Translations under genes and position numbers: made by a program
In this document: one piece after another, positions 8,078 through 20,000 of the stretch
Numbering within the stretch: position 1 is the stretch's first letter
Layout: each line of letters begins with the position of its first letter
Source: an uncultured virus (IMG/VR IMGVR_UViG_3300017971_000274)
Taxonomy: Duplodnaviria > Heunggongvirae > Uroviricota > Caudoviricetes
IMG/VR virus record: IMGVR_UViG_3300017971_000274
Span: 53,342-73,341 of that record
Length of the DNA stretch: 20,000 nt
Reading direction: 5' to 3' (one strand)
The notes under the pieces: generated by a model
Databases searched by the model: none
What the model was told of the DNA's origin: nothing
What the model saw: only the letters and a program-made list of their open reading frames with translations

Positions 8078-8685
8078 TGGGTGTTTCAGCCAAACGTATT
8101 GTGGCGCGATTCTTACGCGCCGACGCTGATCTCCCTACTAAGGAGATGAAGGACTGGTTTGACAAGAGAACCAGCGAGCACATCAAGAGGGTCCAGAAAT
8201 ACTGCCGGAAGATCGAGAAGCACGACCCTAAGAAGTTCAAGGGTCTAACTGATCAGGCCAAGGACCACGACCAGAGTAAACTCAAGAAGCCGGAAATCGA
8301 TCCTTACATTTGGATCACGTGGCAGTACAAGTGTAAGGATGACGGCAAGGACTTCGACACTCCCGAGGGCCTTGAAGACAAGATGAATGCTGCGACGGAG
8401 CATCATGTCAAAAACAACCGGCACCACCCCGAGTTCCACTGCACCAAGAAAGTGGATCTGATAAATCGCGACGACCGGGATAAGCCTCCGTCTGAAATGG
8501 TGGATGCGACCAAGATGCCCGACCTGGATGTCGCAGAGATGTGCGCCGACTGGTTGGCTATGTCAGAAGAGAAGAAGAGTGATCCGAAGAAGTGGGCCGA
8601 CAAGAACGTGAACGTCAGATGGAAGTTCACGGGCGACCAGAAGGATTTGATCTACCAACTCATCTCTTCTATCAAGGTCGAGTAG
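8077..8685 (+). CDS. HD-superfamily-like metal-binding protein (DUF5662-like) with shared leader (SAKRIVARFLRA)
   Basis: Motifs HIKRVQKY, HDQSKL, EHHVKNNRHHPEFH, MPDLDVAEMCADW.AMS. Start reassigned from 8029 to ATG 8077, which overlaps the upstream stop (TAATG). Confidence 0.75.
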   Translation: MGVSAKRIVARFLRADADLPTKEMKDWFDKRTSEHIKRVQKYCRKIEKHDPKKFKGLTDQAKDHDQSKLKKPEIDPYIWITWQYKCKDDGKDFDTPEGLEDKMNAATEHHVKNNRHHPEFHCTKKVDLINRDDRDKPPSEMVDATKMPDLDVAEMCADWLAMSEEKKSDPKKWADKNVNVRWKFTGDQKDLIYQLISSIKVE

Positions 8686-8711
8686 GTTTTGGTTTATAGG
8701 AGCATATAGGT

Positions 8712-9113
8712 ATGACTATCAAGATTTCCGCTGAGCGCGTCCTTCAACGATACTCAAAGGGATTGCCCCCCGAGTTCTTGGAGCAACAGAAGAAGATGAA
8801 GGAAAAATCCAAGGGCAAGGACGACGGTAAGAAAGACGACAGCAAGAAGGACGACAAAGACGACGGCAAGAAGAAAGAGAAAGGTAAAGGAAAGATCCCG
8901 CCTCAGTTCTTAGCGCAACAGAAGAAGAACAAGGAGAAGGGCAAGGAGGCGGCCATCCCTAAGAGCAAAGCATACAGCGCCGTGGATGAGAGCGATGTCA
9001 TTCAGGAACAAGGCAGTAAGCGGGACATGCTCAAGGTCGTCAAAAAGAACCGGGACAAAGGGTGGTATTTGGGTTTTACGACCAGTAAGAATGTGGGGGA
9101 CAAGTTCCAATAG
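8712..9113 (+). CDS. Lys/Asp-rich low-complexity protein with shared leader (SAERVLQRY)
   Basis: 133 aa, AGGAG upstream. Internal repeat GLPPEFLEQQKK / GKIPPQFLAQQKK flanks a K/D tract. Confidence 0.75.
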   Translation: MTIKISAERVLQRYSKGLPPEFLEQQKKMKEKSKGKDDGKKDDSKKDDKDDGKKKEKGKGKIPPQFLAQQKKNKEKGKEAAIPKSKAYSAVDESDVIQEQGSKRDMLKVVKKNRDKGWYLGFTTSKNVGDKFQ

Positions 9114-9131
9114 CACGGTGTAGTCCAGCAC

Positions 9132-9788
9132 GTGCATCCCTCTTGGAAAACCGCTTTAGGCTCCGAATTCAAGAAGCCCTACTTCCAAGCTCTCGTCAAT
9201 TTCGTAAGACAAGAACGAGCAACAACCACCGTATACCCACCGTCCGGGGCTGTTTTCGCAGCGTTTAACGCCACGCCTCTCGACGAGGTCCGCGTTCTTA
9301 TCCTGGGGCAAGACCCGTACCATGGTCGGAAGCAAGCCCACGGCTTGTGCTTCTCTGTTCTACCGGAAACGTTGGCTCCTCCTAGTCTCCAAAACATATT
9401 CAAGGAGCTTCGGAGCGATGTTGGTTGCCCTATCCCTACCCACGGCCACCTACTCAAGTGGGCTGAACAGGGCGTGTTTCTCCTCAACTCTGTCTTGACC
9501 GTGAGAGCGCACGCGGCCGGATCTCATCGAGACCAGGGGTGGGAGACATTCACCGACGCGGTGATCAGACTCTTGAGTGACCGGGACCGCCCGATGGTCT
9601 TTGTCCTTTGGGGTCGTTACGCGAGAGACAAGGCGTCTCTTATTGACGCCGAGAAACACGTGGTTGTCGAGTCAGCGCATCCAAGTCCTATGAGCGCAAA
9701 CAAGGGATTCTTCGGAAGCAAGCCTTTTTCAAAGGTGAACGTCGCCCTCGAAATGTTCGGGGGTCGGCCCATCGATTGGCGTCTTTAA
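9132..9788 (+). CDS. ung: Uracil-DNA glycosylase, family 1
   Basis: All hallmark motifs are present: ILGQDPYHG, AHGLCFSV, PPSLQNIFKEL, GVFLLNSVLTV, FVLWG, SAHPSPMSA, GFFGSKPFSKVN, PIDW. GTG start. Confidence 0.97.
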   Translation: MHPSWKTALGSEFKKPYFQALVNFVRQERATTTVYPPSGAVFAAFNATPLDEVRVLILGQDPYHGRKQAHGLCFSVLPETLAPPSLQNIFKELRSDVGCPIPTHGHLLKWAEQGVFLLNSVLTVRAHAAGSHRDQGWETFTDAVIRLLSDRDRPMVFVLWGRYARDKASLIDAEKHVVVESAHPSPMSANKGFFGSKPFSKVNVALEMFGGRPIDWRL

Positions 9789-9831
9789 TAGTTTATTTAT
9801 CGTTTTTCAGAAGGGGCGGTTCTTACCTCGA

Positions 9832-10959
9832 ATGGAGATTACAATGGAGATCAAATATAAATCAGGCGATTTCAATAGTTTCACAGCTACTCGTAGCTTT
9901 GCTTTAGGTGCTTTCGACATAACTGTCGCAAAGGACTCGGAAGTAGAGTTCGACGGCTCAACCGTTAAATACGCTGGGGCGGAATATAACTTCCCTCAAC
10001 TTCGGAGCGCTGTCACGGCTGAATGGATTGTGCCTTCCGAGGTCTATGAGGAAGACAACCCTGATTATGGTAGGCCGGTTTCGGCCAACATCAAGGTTCG
10101 TCCAGCCACGAGTGATGACGGGGAAGCCAAACCCATCGAACCTGTTACAACTGACTCGGACGAACAGGTTGTGATGAGCACCGCTGAGCACGCTTCTTCT
10201 ACTCAGAAGAAGAACAAGGCGGCGCGGTCCAAAATGGGCGGTAAGTCAAAGGTGGGCACGGAGGTAGTCGAGCCTCAGGACGGGGTTCCGGTTCGAGCCT
10301 TGAAGACAGCGGCTAAATCCAAGAGCCAGTTGACGGCAGAGTCCGCTGGTTCGGCCCTCAGGGAAGCGGAGAATGTCCAGATCGATCCGGGCGAGGGTAT
10401 CTCAGAAGAAGAGGCCCTGGAACGTATGACCCCAGAGGATCGGGAGGCTTACCTGGAGAAGAAGCGTTCTCTGCGCTCGCAGTATATTACTTCCGACAAA
10501 GACCAGCCTACCAAGGTGGCCACGGTCAAGGGTAAGAAGAAGCAGGAGAAGGAGGGGATGAAGCTTACCCAGGAGGTCGGTGGCGGCACTGCGGTGGCGG
10601 ACCCCACAAGCGGTGACGGCAAGGCCAAGGAGGCCGTCCGGGAAGAAGACGGTATTACGTTCAAGACCACGAACGTCTCCGAGAAGACCAAACGGGCGCA
10701 GCCTCATCCGAGAGCCGCAGAGAAGAAAGCTGTAATGTTGGAAGACGGTACCGGGGACGCCAGAATTCAGATCGCACGCAGCATGTGTGATGATTTCCCG
10801 GAGTCCTATGATTTTTCGGCTACTCCAAAGAAGAAGCTGGCCCGGCTGCAAGCTGACTTCGACGACCGCCCCGATGTCATCAGGGCTGTGTTCGTAGCCG
10901 AGTCAGATGAGTTCAAAGCTAAGTTAATGGCGGAGTTTCCAGAGGTCTTCCAAAGTTAA
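9832..10959 (+). CDS. Hypothetical phage protein (globular N- and C-termini, charged linker)
   Basis: 375-aa ORF. The true start may be ATG 9844, which has GGAG at 9834-9837. No family recognised. Confidence 0.8.
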   Translation: MEITMEIKYKSGDFNSFTATRSFALGAFDITVAKDSEVEFDGSTVKYAGAEYNFPQLRSAVTAEWIVPSEVYEEDNPDYGRPVSANIKVRPATSDDGEAKPIEPVTTDSDEQVVMSTAEHASSTQKKNKAARSKMGGKSKVGTEVVEPQDGVPVRALKTAAKSKSQLTAESAGSALREAENVQIDPGEGISEEEALERMTPEDREAYLEKKRSLRSQYITSDKDQPTKVATVKGKKKQEKEGMKLTQEVGGGTAVADPTSGDGKAKEAVREEDGITFKTTNVSEKTKRAQPHPRAAEKKAVMLEDGTGDARIQIARSMCDDFPESYDFSATPKKKLARLQADFDDRPDVIRAVFVAESDEFKAKLMAEFPEVFQS

Positions 10960-11032
10960 CAGCCGTTTCAAGGTTGGGTTTTCTCTTGTGAAACCTCTCC
11001 CGTGACTACGCTCGTTTCGGAGAGATTTTACG

Positions 11033-12208
11033 GTGGAAGACTCCTGTCTGCGACGCCCTAAAAAAGAAGCCGCCGCTGCCAAAGATGCCAGCGGTATATC
11101 CGTGTTTCTCCTTGAGGAGTTGGGGGACGCTAGGTTGAGGTGCGCCCAACTCCGGAAGTACGTGGACGAGGCTGTAGCGCTCGTCAACAAATCAGACCAT
11201 CGGGACCACTTCTTCGAGGTGGCCGCCCACCTGATCCACGGAATTCCGGACACTTTGATGCGGATGGACAAGGCTTTGAGCGCTGCCGCCTTGGCAGCGT
11301 CGAAGCTGGATTACGAAGAGATCAAGGACACCTTACGCCCAGAGAAGGTCGAGGAGCTTGAGAACGCCCTAGAGGATGTCCGAATTCGACGAGTCAAAAG
11401 ACAATCTGAGGAGAAAGTTATGAACATTCCAGAGGCCGTGGAACGGTTAGAGAGGCTGGCAGCATCGGCACAAGGGGGGACCCTCAAAACCCAGGACTTG
11501 ATAGCCCTTATTTATGATCTTGAAGGGGATTCCAAGACAGCCGCTGCCAAAAATGGCGATGAGATTGCTGGTGTTCTGCGGAAGTTGGCTTCGGATATCA
11601 CGGAAGCCGATCCTGAGAAAGAACGGCCCAGTCGGTTATCGTTGGCGTCGTCGCTTCGCCACATCGCAGCTTTCTCGATGGAGGCAACGGCCGCGTTCAG
11701 GCCAATTAGGATCAAGAGTCGCCGTCATGGGGAGGGGTTGTTCCCGGAGGATCTTTGTGCGGCCTTACGTCAAAGCGCTGACAACCTTTGGGCCACCTTG
11801 GACCAGCAACGCGGCGTAGCCCAACTTCTACAGGACTCCATAGCCGGGTGGTCTGAGACCGGGCCTCTACGGGGACTCCCAAAGACTTTACACAGTTCCG
11901 CCAAGAAGGCCGCCGCTTTCGAGAGCACCATCGGCAACCAGATGATGTCGTTGGCCACCAGGATGCAACGGTTGGCCGATGACATAGAAGGCGACGCACG
12001 TTCTCTGGAAGCGGAGGAGCGGGAGTTTGGCCGTCATGATCGTCTTGATCCGTTGGAGCGGACAGCCGAGACAGCCGAAGAGAAAGAGTCTCGATTTGAA
12101 GAGGGTAAGCCCGCTGATCCGACCAAGAACATGAGTCCTGAGGACGCCAAGAAATGGCGTGAGGAACACCAGAAGAACAAGGACAAGTTCAAAACGGCCA
12201 TAGCCTGA
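11033..12208 (+). CDS. Hypothetical helical phage protein, with a likely nested in-frame start at 11420
   Basis: 391-aa Ala-rich helical ORF. Internal GAGGAGAAAGTT-ATG at 11408-11422. Ends with the module RFEEGKPADPTKNMSPEDAKKW...KFKTAIA. Confidence 0.75.
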   Translation: MEDSCLRRPKKEAAAAKDASGISVFLLEELGDARLRCAQLRKYVDEAVALVNKSDHRDHFFEVAAHLIHGIPDTLMRMDKALSAAALAASKLDYEEIKDTLRPEKVEELENALEDVRIRRVKRQSEEKVMNIPEAVERLERLAASAQGGTLKTQDLIALIYDLEGDSKTAAAKNGDEIAGVLRKLASDITEADPEKERPSRLSLASSLRHIAAFSMEATAAFRPIRIKSRRHGEGLFPEDLCAALRQSADNLWATLDQQRGVAQLLQDSIAGWSETGPLRGLPKTLHSSAKKAAAFESTIGNQMMSLATRMQRLADDIEGDARSLEAEEREFGRHDRLDPLERTAETAEEKESRFEEGKPADPTKNMSPEDAKKWREEHQKNKDKFKTAIA

Positions 12209-12214
12209 AAAGAG

Positions 12215-13054
12215 ATGAAGACTTCGCTAACACAACCTCTTACCACTAGACCGGCGTACGGACGACCGGTGGCAGAGTCGGCGTTGCCGGGGGGCGAGCC
12301 ACGCGACAAGGGGCTACCTCTTGAGTCGGATATTCCCGGCACCAAGACCTATGTGAAACCTCTCGACGAAACTCGTAACTTTGACAAACCTGAGGACGAG
12401 TCTATCCATCGAGTGGACGAGGCCGACGATCTTTTAAAAGACCAAGAACGTCCGGAGATTAACGACGACAACGAGGACAAGAATGACGGTATCGGAGCCT
12501 TCGGCAAGGGTAAGTGGGTAGGCCCTAAGACGAAGTACCCTTACCGCGACGGGATTCCTAATACAAAGTCTGCGTCTGCCGAATTTGTTGTCGGATTATA
12601 CACATTACACAACTCCCCGACACTCCGTCTGAAAAGCGGTGCCAGAGTCAAGGTCGCTCTTCGGATGGACACCATAACGGAAAACCTTAACCCACGGTAT
12701 GTCGAGCGTGCCAGCCGATGCGCTGTGAGCACCAAACGTGTGGACAAGAAGAATTTGCGTTGGGTTTTCTCTGTCGATTGCGGCAACGGAGCCAAGGTCG
12801 TCAAGATCAAGGCGTCTCGTAAAGGGAGAATCACGAAGTTCTCCAAGATGGACTTGGATATAAAGTGTTCGTGCCCGGCTTGGCGTTGGCAGGGACCGGA
12901 ATACCACGCCAAGACGGAAGAATATATCGATGGAAAACCTCGTGGGACGGCGAGCTTTCCAATCATCAGAGACCCTTCCGGCGTCAATCGTGTGTGTAAG
13001 CACGTGGCAGCGGTCCTAACCCACGCCAAGGATTGGTCGGTAGCTAAAAAATAG
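12215..13054 (+). CDS. SWIM-type zinc-finger protein
   Basis: C-terminal CSCPAWRWQG...VCKHVAAVL matches the SWIM pattern CxC-(n)-CxH. Acidic, disordered N-terminal half. Confidence 0.8.
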   Translation: MKTSLTQPLTTRPAYGRPVAESALPGGEPRDKGLPLESDIPGTKTYVKPLDETRNFDKPEDESIHRVDEADDLLKDQERPEINDDNEDKNDGIGAFGKGKWVGPKTKYPYRDGIPNTKSASAEFVVGLYTLHNSPTLRLKSGARVKVALRMDTITENLNPRYVERASRCAVSTKRVDKKNLRWVFSVDCGNGAKVVKIKASRKGRITKFSKMDLDIKCSCPAWRWQGPEYHAKTEEYIDGKPRGTASFPIIRDPSGVNRVCKHVAAVLTHAKDWSVAKK

Positions 13055-13065
13055 ATCGGATCAAA

Positions 13066-13506
13066 ATGCCTGTATACAACACAGAATGTAAGGATTGTCA
13101 GAAGCGGGAAGACCGCAAGCTGACATTTGCGCAGTACGATCTCGTGAAGGACGGGGATCTCATACTGGACTGCACGTGCGGTGGCCACGTCCAGTTAGTG
13201 TTCGATCCAGGCGGGGTGGACTTCGTTCTCAAGGACGGCGAGTCAGGTGGTTGGGTGTCGAAAGCCGCCAAAGAAAACGCTTATCGCGCAGACCGTAGGC
13301 GCGTCATGACTCAACGCCAACGGGATCATGTCAGTCCGAACCGTTTGCAACCCAATTTTCAGGGCCAAGTGACCTCTTCTTGGGAGGAGGCGCGGGATTT
13401 AGCGCACAAGTCTACCTATGAAAAAGTAAAGGGTGAGCATGGAGTTGGCGCGGCGTCGGAAGCGGCGTCTAAGAGCGCAAAAACTTATGACCCCCTTATT
13501 AAGTAG
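13066..13506 (+). CDS. FmdB-like zinc-ribbon protein
   Basis: N-terminal MPVYNTECKDC...CTCGG followed by FVLK...GGW, typical of FmdB/CxxC-ribbon proteins. Confidence 0.75.
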   Translation: MPVYNTECKDCQKREDRKLTFAQYDLVKDGDLILDCTCGGHVQLVFDPGGVDFVLKDGESGGWVSKAAKENAYRADRRRVMTQRQRDHVSPNRLQPNFQGQVTSSWEEARDLAHKSTYEKVKGEHGVGAASEAASKSAKTYDPLIK

Positions 13507-13514
13507 AGGATCGT

Positions 13515-14147
13515 ATGGACCGACTATTTAGCATCAGGCGTAGGCGGAAGAACGTTGTGGACATTATGACTCCGCAAGCCATGAACGCGGGGGTCGTGGA
13601 CGAGTATCGTCTTGGGTTCGCTCTCAACTTCGACGCGGCGTTTGCCACGTTCATAACAGCGCCCAATACCGGGTTCTACGACAGCAACATCCCGAGGGGC
13701 AAGATCGAGACTCAGCCGACCACCGGAAAGGATGTCAGGATTGTTTTCGATCCTGCTACCTACGCCATAAACGACAACAACCCGTTCTGGTTGCAGTTCA
13801 CTCCTGTGACCGACGGCGTGCCGGGCACACCGGGAGCGCCGACGTTGGTTATGCCGGATGCGGCCCACTATGGAACAAATATCATAACCATCAAAGGAGA
13901 GGCTCCGAACGGTTCGACTTTGCAGATAGACCTGCCTCGCAGAATGCAGGACTTCCAGGTCACAAACGAAGACGGAGCCAACAATCTTTTGGTTGGCACC
14001 GAAAACGGCGGCCCGATGACTGCGTTCTTACCGCTGGTTGGCACACAGAGTATGGGCCATCTCGGAGCGCTGGGTTCGCTTTGGGTCGAAGGAGTTGGAG
14101 GCGATGTATTGTTTTCGGCTTCGTTCACCTTGGCTTTCCCTCGATAA
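13515..14147 (+). CDS. Hypothetical beta-rich protein, possibly virion structural (fibre-associated)
   Basis: 210 aa with GAGG SD. Gly/Pro/Thr beta-rich; lies directly upstream of the giant fibre gene. Confidence 0.7.
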   Translation: MDRLFSIRRRRKNVVDIMTPQAMNAGVVDEYRLGFALNFDAAFATFITAPNTGFYDSNIPRGKIETQPTTGKDVRIVFDPATYAINDNNPFWLQFTPVTDGVPGTPGAPTLVMPDAAHYGTNIITIKGEAPNGSTLQIDLPRRMQDFQVTNEDGANNLLVGTENGGPMTAFLPLVGTQSMGHLGALGSLWVEGVGGDVLFSASFTLAFPR

Positions 14148-14153
14148 AGGTAG

Positions 14154-20000
<5,847 letters not shown>

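Noticed and set aside
5528..9113. Stop-codon reassignment (several genes end in TAG)
   Set aside because: Genes are full length and tightly packed under the standard code. The MCP TAG is followed closely by TAA and a terminator, and TAA, TAG and TGA all serve as stops.

Overview
The window is a gene-dense, entirely + strand segment of a large tailed dsDNA phage (Caudoviricetes-like) covering a head-assembly module and its neighbours. In order: a 5'-truncated unknown protein, two small unknowns, a Zn-finger-containing prohead protease, an acidic scaffold-like protein, a head decoration/cement-like protein, a compact 292-aa HK97-fold major capsid protein and a terminator. Next come four small unrelated proteins sharing an N-terminal A-x-R-[VI]-x-x-R-[FY]-L-x-A leader, a family-1 uracil-DNA glycosylase, several unknowns (including SWIM and FmdB-type Zn proteins), and a giant Gly-X-Thr collagen-like fibre gene (at least 1948 codons, open to the window end). 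The ORF track misses this fibre gene, which carries six interspersed globular domains of two or three types. The most notable signal is a candidate capsid-targeting and maturation system: a shared leader peptide on diverse cargo genes next to the MCP, recurrent [KR]-x-A motifs, and nested in-frame starts. All calls come from motif recognition by eye; no searches were run.
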